A stretch of 64,000 nucleotides of DNA, from positions 10,432-74,431 of the IMG/VR virus record IMGVR_UViG_3300032310_000320. One strand, 5' to 3'. Of this stretch, positions 53,455 to 63,459 are shown piece after piece. Every line of letters starts with the position of its first letter. Position 1 is the first letter of the stretch. The position numbers were made by a program, and so were the translations under genes. The notes under the pieces are model-generated. The model had not been told where the DNA came from. It saw nothing but the letters and a program-made list of their open reading frames with translations, and did not search any database. The stretch comes from a virus (lineage: Duplodnaviria; Caudoviricetes).

Positions 53455-55059
53455 TTACTTCTTACGAGGCTTTGGCGCTGGGCTCTTAGGAGGAGCGTTG
53501 CGCGCGGACTTTGGTGGCGGCGGCATATCGTCATCGTCGTCGCCGTCTTCTTCAAACTCGTCGGCGTCGTCAGCTTCGCCTTCTTCCAAATCATCTTCAT
53601 CGACAGGTGCAGCCTTTGTCGGCACCGACAACTCTGCATCGTCTTCATCGTCATCAAGCACTGGTGGCCGGATCGGAGTCGGTACGACAGCGTCGTCCTC
53701 ATCGTCATCATCCACAACTGGCGCTGCAACCTTCTTTAAAACAGGCAGATCCAAATCGTCATCGTCGTCTGTAAACGTTTGATTGTTTGCAGGACGCACA
53801 GGTGCTGCGGGTTTCTTGCTGACAGGCGGCGAGAAATCATCGTCGTCTTCAACGTCCTGAATTATTGCAGCTTTCTTGGGACGAGGTGCTTCTTCCGCCG
53901 CAGGCACACTACTCTTGGCATTACCCAAGATCTTGCGAACGTCTGCGGTCATATACTCGGACCGATCAAACCACGCCCACTCCACCAACTTAGGAATAGA
54001 GCGAAACGCCTGTGCAATGATCACACACTTTTCTTCGTTAGACGGGAAGTGCAAGATGCCTGCATTCACGCCAGAGGGAGTCCAGAAGAATGACGATTTA
54101 ACAACACGTTCAACCTGCTCTGTAGACAGAGATGGTTTAAATTTCTGTCCGCCTATACCGAGCACTCGACTAATCGCAAACTCGTAGCCCGTTGGTTTCT
54201 TTGGGTCGATGGTGCCTGACCACGACATAGACAACCACTGGCTCTTTGGATTAACAGCGTTCCGTGCCTGAAGCTTAGTTACCTTCGGGTTGAACGCACA
54301 CACGAAATAACCACCCGCAACGGTGCGGGTGTCGGGATCAAACGTACCGACAGGATCTCCGTAAAGATACGGTGCGTTGTAATCCACATCTGGATTTCCA
54401 TCGAACGAATCCGCTGGCGTGTCGAATATGTTGAACAAGCTATTTGCCGAAGCAGGTAGCTGGATCACGCACATTGCTTCACCGGGGGCTTCACCCAGTG
54501 CATGCTCACGACCATTGCCGATATGCTCGACATCGCCGTTGGCATACACAAAACCCTGCATGAAGTTCAGGGTAGTGGGTCGCGTGATTGACGCACCCTT
54601 GCCCGCAGAACCAACCATCAGTTGATTCCAACGAGCATCCCACGAACGGCCGCCGGCAAACACACCTTCCTTGTGCGCACGGAAACAAGACCAATAGAAA
54701 TTGGTATACGGCTCGTTACGGCGTGATGCCTCGTCTCCGGGCTGATGCAACAAGATCGTGTACTTATCGCGATCATCTCCACCGAAATACTTAGCCGCAG
54801 GCACGGGAAACATGAAGTGCGAGTAATGCCGCTGCGCAGCACTCTCACGACCACCCGTCAGATTGTTGGGGTTGTCGTAATCTCTGCCCGGCACCGGACG
54901 GAACAGCAACGGTCCCTTGGTGTAGTTCGGACGGATTAGCTGGAACGGGAGGGAACAACGTGGATCCAGTGTCTTATCGTCAGGCGGTGCGCTGCTGCGC
55001 TTGTCATTGCTACCGTGTGCCCGTGAATCGTAGCTCGGTCTCTGCCATTTATCAGACAT
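53455..55059 (-). CDS. Probable single-stranded DNA-binding / recombination mediator protein with long acidic tail
   Basis: Lies between polymerase and recA; aromatic-rich core, FRPVPG near N-terminus, D/E-rich C-terminus; inferred from context. Confidence 0.45.
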   Translation of the reverse strand: MSDKWQRPSYDSRAHGSNDKRSSAPPDDKTLDPRCSLPFQLIRPNYTKGPLLFRPVPGRDYDNPNNLTGGRESAAQRHYSHFMFPVPAAKYFGGDDRDKYTILLHQPGDEASRRNEPYTNFYWSCFRAHKEGVFAGGRSWDARWNQLMVGSAGKGASITRPTTLNFMQGFVYANGDVEHIGNGREHALGEAPGEAMCVIQLPASANSLFNIFDTPADSFDGNPDVDYNAPYLYGDPVGTFDPDTRTVAGGYFVCAFNPKVTKLQARNAVNPKSQWLSMSWSGTIDPKKPTGYEFAISRVLGIGGQKFKPSLSTEQVERVVKSSFFWTPSGVNAGILHFPSNEEKCVIIAQAFRSIPKLVEWAWFDRSEYMTADVRKILGNAKSSVPAAEEAPRPKKAAIIQDVEDDDDFSPPVSKKPAAPVRPANNQTFTDDDDDLDLPVLKKVAAPVVDDDDEDDAVVPTPIRPPVLDDDEDDAELSVPTKAAPVDEDDLEEGEADDADEFEEDGDDDDDMPPPPKSARNAPPKSPAPKPRKK

Positions 55060-55075
55060 GTCTACCTCACCTTAG

Positions 55076-58000
55076 TTACTTTGCAAATCTCTCAGGTATC
55101 CCCAGCCGCGTGCAATCTTCAAGACTGTATGGTTCACCCCAGTACTTTTCAACCACGATGTCCACGCCTAAGCGATACGGACCACCGGGTCGAGGACTAC
55201 CGTCCAAACCACTGGGATAAATTGGCACACACTCCTGCATTGCATAGGGAATAAGCTCGTCCACAACGTATTCGATCAAATCGTAACGAACTTCAAGCAA
55301 CGCCGCATCGTGAATTTGCAGCAGCATTTTAATTTCGTTTTGTAACTCGTTGTCGTAGATGATTTTACGCATCCACGCCAAACCACGATTTACACACGAA
55401 GCCACCATGCTCTGAATAGGAAAGTTCTGCGCTTGTCGTTGAAACTCGCCAAGGATCTTTTCATCAGACGTGTGGGCGAACCGGCGATACCTCCCAAAAC
55501 ATGAAGTCAGCCAGCGATGATTTTCAGCCCGATCCCGCGCGGAATCGAAGAAAGGCCTCAATCCTCCATACATCTGGAAGATCGTGTCAATCACTTGCTG
55601 TGCTTCGTCTACAGTAACCTCGACACCTTGCTCCTTGGCCTGAAGCGCAATTGCTTTTGCACCACGACCATAGGCAATGCCGAAGATCACATTCTTGGCC
55701 AAGGTTCTGAAGTGCGCCTTGCCGAGGCTTTTAAGTCCTGCCTTTGTTGGCGCACAATCCAACCTGAAAGCAAGTTTGGCTACATTCGAGTGAATGTCGT
55801 AATAGTCCGGATGCGGGTGTTTTCCGCCCTTCACAAGATTGCCTTCTGCATTATATCCCTCGTCAGGATGCAGCGCACGTGTTGCATGCGAAATCATAGT
55901 CGCATCGTCGGCCATTACCGCCATGCCAAACAATTCTGCGCCCTTGTAGTCAAACTCCACAAAGGCATACCCGTCCGTTGCTTTTAAGATGGAACGCAAC
56001 TTGTGCTTGTAGCGATCCCCAAGCATACGGAAATAGTCAGGATCTCGTGATTTACTGACGTTCTGCAAATTAGGCCGTGCTGATCTCCAACGCCCAGTTT
56101 CTGTTGTAGGAAACAGATTGGTACGCGCACGACCGTCAGGATCAATGAATTCAGCAAGTCCGCCGTCGTAGGTCAGATTGCCGTCTTCATCCTCGTACTC
56201 TCCGGACTCTTGTTGACACGGTGGCCTCAATATAGATTTGAGCACCTGATCCAAAAACCTCTGATCCCGCAACAAATTGATCTGATCCATCTGCGCTGGA
56301 TTGTCTTGCGCCAGAATTGACAGAATCATTTTGGACGTGCCGGGTGACGCTGACTTAGTCAAATTCTTCTGCTTCAGTTCATGCCATCTGCGTGGAGGCT
56401 TGCTGGTGTCAAGCAACGGCTCCAGATACAAACTGCGGCCTTCTTCAGGACGTAACCGCACAGGCTTACCGTCAGCATCCGTACGTCCGTTTAACGTCTC
56501 ACCGAACAGAAACTCCTTGACGTGCTGCGTTGACCTGCCGTTGAAGTCCGGCCAGTTCGCCCAGTTCTTGAGCTGCTCTTCTTTCTCCGAACGTGTCTCC
56601 ATGAACGCAAACGTCAACGTGTCGATTCTGTCTCTGTCAATCAAGATACCGTTGCTGTGCATGTCGTAGATGACAGGCAACGTCAGCATCGATTCCCACA
56701 GAGCTTCCCAACAATCGTTTCCGCAATAGTCGTACGAGACATACTTCAACAACTCTATACAGATACGTCGCGTTACATCGGCATCGTAGTTGGCGTAGGG
56801 AATCAGGATTTCATCGGGAACATCACCGTAGCCGTAGATGGCTTGTCCCAGTCGCTTCTTCTCGTCTCGTTTCCATTTCTCCAAAGGCAAGTCATACCGA
56901 GGTGCCGTCGTGTAACGCGTGCTCAATACTTCCAAACCCAACTGTGCGGTTTCCTCGACAGCGTGTGCCATCATTCCTGTGTCGAGCCAACCGTGACCCT
57001 GCTGTAAGTACTTATAGGCTTCAATCGCCGGATCAGGACTTTCTACCAATACAGGGCAATCCCGTATCGGATCAAAGTTGTACATCCTCAACCATTCCAA
57101 GTCAGCATTGAGGAAGTGTCCCACCGCTCTCTTGTCTTGCATGAATGTCTGCAACAATTCCATCAACGCAGGAACGGCATTCTCACCAGCCGCATTGACG
57201 AAACACGGGTTGCCTCCCGGTTCCGTCAAGACAAAGCATATCGCCTTCTTATGTCCCCACGACGCCTGAAGCGTACGCATGTAGCCACCGGGTTTACGGG
57301 GACTTGCACCATGCCATTCAGCATCCCAAGCAATCAACCTGTCCTTCAAAGGCAACTGCGTAAACTCATAATTAACTTCCGCAATCCAGTCTTCTACTTC
57401 TTCCAATGTCCTGACAGCCCGGTGATCAACGTCTACTTCGGTGTTGTCTAGCGTCGCTCCTGAAATCAACATCTTGAACCGAGTCAGATTGCGCTCAAAC
57501 TGCCGAGCTTTGACAGGATCTCTTGTCACTTCGCTTGGGTGGATCGAGACCAACACTGAACACTCGTGGAATTCTTCAGGCTGGTCTTCTGCCGTGTGAA
57601 TCGGAAACCTGTACGTAAGCACTTGCCCTTCCGATTCAGATACTTTGGCATTCTTACCAAACAACGCTTTCAGTGCATCCGCTCCCAAGCACAAGATGTA
57701 CTTGGGCTGCACGATACGCAATTCCTGATGCAACAGCGGTAAGCAATCCGCTAGCCATGCCGCCTTGATTGTCGCAGCATTGGCCGGCAACAAAAACTTG
57801 ATAACGTTCGTGACATACCACTTGTCGTAATTAGTAATCCCTACCGTCTGCAACGCATCTTTGAGGGCTTGTCCTGCCGGTCCCACGAAGTTGGCATAGA
57901 CCCTTGCCTCTTCCTTCCACGGTACTTTGCCTATTACCATCACGTCAGTAGGCACAGGCCCAAGTGAGAAATTGAATGCCCCTGACAGATTCTCCAATGC

Positions 58001-58432
58001 AAAACTAATGTTGCCGGCGTACCGTCCCCACAGATGCCCCGGCACAAAATTCACAGGTTCTGAATACCCCGGACGAACTACTACAGGCAAAGTAAACCCA
58101 CGTTCACGCAACGCCCGCGTGTACAACTTCAACAGCGTCGCAGCAGGGATATATTGCTGCTCCGACTTTTTCTTTGAGTTCTTCTTAGGCAGAATCGTTG
58201 CATCGTGCCCATCCAGATGCGTTGCGTGCAGCAAGAAGTTAGGACCGGGCGGCGGCATGCCGGGCGCGTTGTACGCCCAGCAACCATGCTTGTTAATACG
58301 ACTGCCGATGACACGCCGTTTAAGGCGCGCATCGTCAGCAGTGGGATCCAGCAAACGCCGCCTGATTTTCTTGGGCTGCGGCGTATCGTCGGGCGAATCA
58401 AACAGATCACCCTTATGAATGTTCCGCATCAC
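55076..58432 (-). CDS. polA: Family A DNA polymerase with N-terminal family-4 uracil-DNA-glycosylase-like domain and 3'-5' exonuclease
   Basis: UDG-like: FVGPAG, YVTNVIK, IHPS; Exo: WDAE, YANYD; Pol: TETGRWRSARPNLQN, DYKGAEL, RTLAKNVIFGIAYG, QIHD. Confidence 0.92.
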   Translation of the reverse strand: MMRNIHKGDLFDSPDDTPQPKKIRRRLLDPTADDARLKRRVIGSRINKHGCWAYNAPGMPPPGPNFLLHATHLDGHDATILPKKNSKKKSEQQYIPAATLLKLYTRALRERGFTLPVVVRPGYSEPVNFVPGHLWGRYAGNISFALENLSGAFNFSLGPVPTDVMVIGKVPWKEEARVYANFVGPAGQALKDALQTVGITNYDKWYVTNVIKFLLPANAATIKAAWLADCLPLLHQELRIVQPKYILCLGADALKALFGKNAKVSESEGQVLTYRFPIHTAEDQPEEFHECSVLVSIHPSEVTRDPVKARQFERNLTRFKMLISGATLDNTEVDVDHRAVRTLEEVEDWIAEVNYEFTQLPLKDRLIAWDAEWHGASPRKPGGYMRTLQASWGHKKAICFVLTEPGGNPCFVNAAGENAVPALMELLQTFMQDKRAVGHFLNADLEWLRMYNFDPIRDCPVLVESPDPAIEAYKYLQQGHGWLDTGMMAHAVEETAQLGLEVLSTRYTTAPRYDLPLEKWKRDEKKRLGQAIYGYGDVPDEILIPYANYDADVTRRICIELLKYVSYDYCGNDCWEALWESMLTLPVIYDMHSNGILIDRDRIDTLTFAFMETRSEKEEQLKNWANWPDFNGRSTQHVKEFLFGETLNGRTDADGKPVRLRPEEGRSLYLEPLLDTSKPPRRWHELKQKNLTKSASPGTSKMILSILAQDNPAQMDQINLLRDQRFLDQVLKSILRPPCQQESGEYEDEDGNLTYDGGLAEFIDPDGRARTNLFPTTETGRWRSARPNLQNVSKSRDPDYFRMLGDRYKHKLRSILKATDGYAFVEFDYKGAELFGMAVMADDATMISHATRALHPDEGYNAEGNLVKGGKHPHPDYYDIHSNVAKLAFRLDCAPTKAGLKSLGKAHFRTLAKNVIFGIAYGRGAKAIALQAKEQGVEVTVDEAQQVIDTIFQMYGGLRPFFDSARDRAENHRWLTSCFGRYRRFAHTSDEKILGEFQRQAQNFPIQSMVASCVNRGLAWMRKIIYDNELQNEIKMLLQIHDAALLEVRYDLIEYVVDELIPYAMQECVPIYPSGLDGSPRPGGPYRLGVDIVVEKYWGEPYSLEDCTRLGIPERFAK

Positions 58433-59489
58433 ATATCCTCCGATTGAACGTCACGGTAACGCCCTGTAACGCTGCTTGTTCTTTAACATACTTGCGCAAG
58501 ACCCTACGGTTTGTAGACCCGGGATCCGTACCTTCTGGCAACTTGACGTGAACAAACCCGCCAGAGTGCGCAAGCAAACGAGGATTGTGCAGCAAGTTCT
58601 GCACATGCTTCTCGGCATACGCTTCAGGATCGAACAGTAACACAATCGGTCGTGCTGGACGCCTGAACGCCGCTGTAATTAATTCCAATTGCCTGTCGCT
58701 TATGGAATGGCCGAAAGTGCATACAGCACCATCACCAAAACCCCATACGTCAACAACGCCTTCCGTGATGACACAAGCGTCGAACAACCTAGACCTGTCA
58801 AGGTTGTACACGACTGTGCTTTTCGACATCCCCGGCATCGTGAAATACTTTGGAGGTAAGTTCTTCTGCGTCTTCCAGTCCAGTTCACCAACATACCGGG
58901 CCTGCCATCCTTTCAATACTTTGTTCTGGTAAACAGGAATCACCAAGCGGTCTCTGGCCAGACTGTAACGACTGGCCAGACAATACCGCACATCGTAAAC
59001 GCGTTGCAGGCGCGCAGGATCATACCCACGCGCCTGCACATATTGGATTGCTGCATGCTCTTGAGGCAATGTCAGCAAGGGAACACATTCGCCCGGCCAC
59101 ACAGCAATCGTGTCGCTTTCGGCTATTCTGCGTCCGGGTTTTACCTGCACCTCGCTCAACGGAATCAACAAGGGTGATTCCAGCTTGTCCACGAACTCGG
59201 CATAATACTGGGGATTACTCAAGCAATTCTCGTTGAAGCAATGTGCCAAAAACCTCATCGGTTTACCGTCAGAACCGTTCTGCCCAAACATGTACGAGAT
59301 GTACAGGCGGAACCGAGAATCCGTACAGAATGGGCAGCATACCTGATAGTACTCACCCTTACTCCTGAAATTCAAACGACGCTTGCCAGCCACCATCATG
59401 GTGTCAGCATCAAATTGTTGACCAGCGCTGGAAACCCGAACTCTGCCAAAAAGGGTTTCCAGCCGCTTGTGTAATGGGAAATTAAGCAT
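58413..59489 (-). CDS. DnaG-type primase (Zn finger plus Toprim)
   Basis: CCPFC...HCFNENC; ITEGVVD; FG; LLFDPE; DPG. Confidence 0.8.
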   Translation of the reverse strand: MLNFPLHKRLETLFGRVRVSSAGQQFDADTMMVAGKRRLNFRSKGEYYQVCCPFCTDSRFRLYISYMFGQNGSDGKPMRFLAHCFNENCLSNPQYYAEFVDKLESPLLIPLSEVQVKPGRRIAESDTIAVWPGECVPLLTLPQEHAAIQYVQARGYDPARLQRVYDVRYCLASRYSLARDRLVIPVYQNKVLKGWQARYVGELDWKTQKNLPPKYFTMPGMSKSTVVYNLDRSRLFDACVITEGVVDVWGFGDGAVCTFGHSISDRQLELITAAFRRPARPIVLLFDPEAYAEKHVQNLLHNPRLLAHSGGFVHVKLPEGTDPGSTNRRVLRKYVKEQAALQGVTVTFNRRICDAEHS

Positions 59490-61204
59490 TAGCCAGCTGC
59501 GCCCTGCGTCGCCACTGCCGGCGATGAGCGGCGTACTTCCGTAGGTGGAGGTACGGTACGGGTATCACTCTTGGAGATCACCATGTCTCCATCCAAAACC
59601 AACTTGTCAGAATAATCGATCAGACGACTAAACTTACCATCAACTTTCACCAGAGGATTCTGCATCACCGGCGCACCACGTCGAACCTTAGTGAACGCAA
59701 ACTTGACGATCTGTTCTTGACCGCTAGGACGCGTCGTAGTCACAGCCACATCCGCAAACTCACCAATGCTGGCACTCTGCGAACCGTCTGTGTGGTCAAT
59801 CTGCGTTGCGATGTTGCGAGCCATCTTGTTAGCCTTACCGGACAACTGATGCATGACCAACGCCGGGATGTTGTAGGTCTTGGCAATCTTCTCGCTTAGA
59901 GACCGACCTACCGTGTTGATGACAAGATGCATGTTGTCAAACGAGTCTTTCTTCTCGCAGATACGATTTGCCAACGCCGATACGTGATCCAATACAAACG
60001 CGTACGGATACAACTCGGCATTCATTCGCATGTGGTTATCCATGATCGTCTGGATATCCGCCACCCCGTTCTTGCCGTACTGCTTAAACTTGGGGTTGGA
60101 ATCCATGAACTCCACAAACAACAAATGCTTGCGCAATAGTTCGATCGCTGTGTTAATCCTCTGCCGTTCACTGACGTAGCGCATACTGCATCCGAAGATA
60201 TCCGGATTCAAATTGTGCTGCCGTAGTGCGTCTCGTTTCTGCGCTTCAATCTCGTGCTCATACTGTTGTGTCGGCACGTCAGAATCACTGAAGAAATTTA
60301 AGTCCCCGCGTGATTCAAGAATGCGTTCACGCGGTACCTCAGCCAGAAACGTCAAACATCTTTGCTGAAACTCGTTGCGTGTTGCTTCTGTCGATACGTA
60401 GAAAACCACAGGACATTTCTGCACTGCGGTACCGTCCGGGTGTGTCAAGAATGGTCCCTGCTGCGCTGTAAAGATGCGCTGACACGCCTTTGCCATATTG
60501 CATGCTGCCATGACTGCAAAGGTTGTCTTACAGGAGCCGAACGGTCCCATGAACAAAAGCATCTCGCCACCCAGCAATCCACCCCCAACATGCTTATCTA
60601 TGACAGATACACCTGTGGGAACGTATGTCACATCCGGCGGCACACCAAGACCATCAAAGAACAACTCGTCGATCAGCGGAGAATCCAAACCTTCCAGCCG
60701 TGTCTTGGTTGTTTCAAACGATTTAACCAACGTGTTAACACGATCAATATTCTTGCTGCCGCCTTGAAGTTCGCTAAACAACGACGAGGTCAAATTCACC
60801 GTAGCCAGATGCATCGACCAGCGTTTAATAATCGAAATGGCCATGTCTTGCAGTAATCTATCTGCGGCGTACCGTTCACTGCGTTGGTTCGGTGTTTTCA
60901 CAAACGCAACAAGCTCATAGACTTCGTCGAATACATCCGGTGCAACGTAATCGCCGTACCGTTCTCTGCGCCGTTCAATGATTCCACAGATTTCTTCGTG
61001 GAGCGGGAGCCTGTCGTACTTGTCCGCAAACCAGCAAATCAACTGGATCACTTCCGCGTACGCTGGGTTTTCCTGTCCAATCAGGTCTGGACGGAATACT
61101 TCCCGTACAAATTTCTGCACGTTGATGTTGCAAATGAACACCCGCAACGCACGTATCTTTTCTTTTTCCGTCGGGGCGTCGTTTTCATTAACTAGCTGTT
61201 CCAC
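59489..61204 (-). CDS. dnaB: DnaB-family replicative helicase
   Basis: GPFGSCKT; VLDHV; HQLS; EFADV; KVRRG. Confidence 0.85.
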   Translation of the reverse strand: MEQLVNENDAPTEKEKIRALRVFICNINVQKFVREVFRPDLIGQENPAYAEVIQLICWFADKYDRLPLHEEICGIIERRRERYGDYVAPDVFDEVYELVAFVKTPNQRSERYAADRLLQDMAISIIKRWSMHLATVNLTSSLFSELQGGSKNIDRVNTLVKSFETTKTRLEGLDSPLIDELFFDGLGVPPDVTYVPTGVSVIDKHVGGGLLGGEMLLFMGPFGSCKTTFAVMAACNMAKACQRIFTAQQGPFLTHPDGTAVQKCPVVFYVSTEATRNEFQQRCLTFLAEVPRERILESRGDLNFFSDSDVPTQQYEHEIEAQKRDALRQHNLNPDIFGCSMRYVSERQRINTAIELLRKHLLFVEFMDSNPKFKQYGKNGVADIQTIMDNHMRMNAELYPYAFVLDHVSALANRICEKKDSFDNMHLVINTVGRSLSEKIAKTYNIPALVMHQLSGKANKMARNIATQIDHTDGSQSASIGEFADVAVTTTRPSGQEQIVKFAFTKVRRGAPVMQNPLVKVDGKFSRLIDYSDKLVLDGDMVISKSDTRTVPPPTEVRRSSPAVATQGAAG

Positions 61205-61907
61205 AACGAGCTCCTTGTCGCAAAGCGTAAAACTGCTTATACAATTCCGGAGCGCTCTTCACGAACGTTTCCGGTAACAAATGCGTCCAGTGCGCCGTGT
61301 ATTCATTCTTGAAAAAATGAAACTGAACAGCAGCCTTGTGTTTAAACGCCTTGGCGATTTCCTTAAACTCGACCATCCGCGTTGCCATAAATGCCCGATA
61401 CGCATAACAGTACCGGAACAAAATTGAAATGCTCAGATTAAAATCAAGTAAGCTTTGTATAACAGCATCTAGTTTTTTGATACCTTGGTGTTCTAAGTAC
61501 GAAACATTCTGTTCAAACACGTTTTTGTTCACATCCAACAACGTGCGGATCTCATCGCCTTTAGCGTGTTTAAACTTTTCCCAGTGCTTCAGGCATTGTT
61601 CCGAAAACAGATGATTAGGCTCAGGTGGTCGGTGCGTAATATCCCGGGCGTCAAACTGTATAGAAATGTACGCCTCTGGATCAATTTCCAAAGTCACAAA
61701 TTTCTTAGCCAGCTTAGGCCACAACGGCGGTATGTCCTTCTCTAGACAAACGCCGTCATCGGTTTCTACTCCCTGCTTACCGTCGTACAGCTTGGGAATG
61801 ACGTACACCACCGGATGTCCCGCCTTGGCCGTTTCATACAGGCTACGAGTCAGACTGTACGCGGCACGCACAGTCTTGGCCAGATCATCAATGGCATTAT
61901 TTGTCAT
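61188..61907 (-). CDS. Hypothetical protein
   Basis: 239-aa coupled ORF. Confidence 0.7.
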   Translation of the reverse strand: MTNNAIDDLAKTVRAAYSLTRSLYETAKAGHPVVYVIPKLYDGKQGVETDDGVCLEKDIPPLWPKLAKKFVTLEIDPEAYISIQFDARDITHRPPEPNHLFSEQCLKHWEKFKHAKGDEIRTLLDVNKNVFEQNVSYLEHQGIKKLDAVIQSLLDFNLSISILFRYCYAYRAFMATRMVEFKEIAKAFKHKAAVQFHFFKNEYTAHWTHLLPETFVKSAPELYKQFYALRQGARCGTAS

Positions 61908-63423
61908 TGATCTCTCCAGACAGATATTCCAACAATCGGGATCGCTGCGTCGGGGCTAACTGCTCCCATCCCATCTGTGAATAGGATATCGCTCGCTTGT
62001 CCGCACGCTTGGCAAATCGACTGTTGAACTGGTCCTTGTAATCGTGCACGATGCCATACGACTTGTCGTGATGGAGTCGGGATGTTCGGCCCGGTATCTG
62101 CACGTCATTAATCGGAGAAGCGCCGCCGTCACCACGGATCAGCACCTGCAATTTACGAAAGTTTACGCCCCGATTCCATACCGTGGTTACAATAACTTTC
62201 TTAAGTTCGCCCTGCTCAAAGGCTTGTGTCAATTCTTGTCGTTTGCTGGCTGTCACTACTTCAAAGTCAGGCGGCAACAATCCGCGTTTGTCAAAATACC
62301 GTTGGTCGTTTTCATCAATCCCCATCTCGCGATACACCAGCGTGAACTCAGGTAACAGCCGTTTCAAATGCAACGCGTGTTCAATTGTCTCAACTGTAAT
62401 CAGTGTCTGCACACTAGCGTCATAAGATCTAGCATCTTCAGCTATGACACGGTTACGCGTTTCGTTCTGCCAGATGCCCAACCGTTTACGTTCGATTGGA
62501 TCGTCAATGCCTGCTACAGGATCGTAGTCCGCCATGACGTTGTTCCACTGCACCACAAGCGGCACTACCATTTCGTTCTGTACCGCTTCGTCGTAACTAA
62601 CTCTTAACCTTACTGGACCAAACAAGCCTTCGCAGATAACGTCCTTACCGTCGATACGCATATCGTGGGACGCCGAGAATCCCCACATATGCGCATGCGT
62701 GAATCGCGCTAGTTTGGCAGAGATTGAATCCACAGGCGCTTCGTGGCATTCGTCGTAAAACACGTAGTCCGCATCTGCGGGAGCGTGATGCAGACTGTCT
62801 GCCGTGACACAAAAAATTCTGTGCCCGGGAACCTTACGACCCCCACCAACCAAACCAACTTCAGGAATCATCTGCGCCAATTCTGGATACAGGCGTTGTG
62901 TCATGACATCAACAGACTTGGTAGACACCACGATCTTAGCGTGCGGGAAGAGAATCGCCGCACACCCAATGACAAACGATTTACCCCAACCGGGGGGACA
63001 GTCGATCCGCCCGTTGATGTACTTCTCAATAACTTGAAGTGCCTCGTCTTGCCGGTACCTCAGCTCAAAGTTCAAACTGTTAAGCCTATCCCAGTCCGCT
63101 ATGAACGCGTCAGGGCGGGGGTATTCAGTTAAGTTTTTGTACTTGACTGAATACCCGTGCGCTTTCAATTGCTTGGTGACACGCTTGTAAAAACCAAACG
63201 TTGTCACCAACCGGTTTTTTACATCCCGGGTAAACATGTCAATCGGTACCGTCATCATCAAAGACTTGTTTTCCCGTTTGGCTTTTACACGGGCTGCGCC
63301 ATACAACGGTTTGACTTCAATACAAGTCAACACGCGCCTGAGAAGATCAAAAACATGAGACTCTTGCGAATTGACAATCAGACGGTTGCCGTAACGAATC
63401 AGTTCTATTGCAGACTGCGGCAT
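61897..63423 (-). CDS. SF2 DExH helicase (UvsW-like)
   Basis: PPGWGKS; DECH; GFSAS; QIPGRTSR. Confidence 0.88.
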   Translation of the reverse strand: MPQSAIELIRYGNRLIVNSQESHVFDLLRRVLTCIEVKPLYGAARVKAKRENKSLMMTVPIDMFTRDVKNRLVTTFGFYKRVTKQLKAHGYSVKYKNLTEYPRPDAFIADWDRLNSLNFELRYRQDEALQVIEKYINGRIDCPPGWGKSFVIGCAAILFPHAKIVVSTKSVDVMTQRLYPELAQMIPEVGLVGGGRKVPGHRIFCVTADSLHHAPADADYVFYDECHEAPVDSISAKLARFTHAHMWGFSASHDMRIDGKDVICEGLFGPVRLRVSYDEAVQNEMVVPLVVQWNNVMADYDPVAGIDDPIERKRLGIWQNETRNRVIAEDARSYDASVQTLITVETIEHALHLKRLLPEFTLVYREMGIDENDQRYFDKRGLLPPDFEVVTASKRQELTQAFEQGELKKVIVTTVWNRGVNFRKLQVLIRGDGGASPINDVQIPGRTSRLHHDKSYGIVHDYKDQFNSRFAKRADKRAISYSQMGWEQLAPTQRSRLLEYLSGEINDK

Positions 63424-63459
63424 CGACTGCTCCTTTCAAGGCAGCAATGTGCCGCCCTC

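Noticed and set aside
3893-61204. Inteins or introns in nrdJ, polA, dnaB and recA
   Set aside because: Catalytic motifs are in expected order without large inserts, and no intein splice-junction or homing-endonuclease motifs were noticed.
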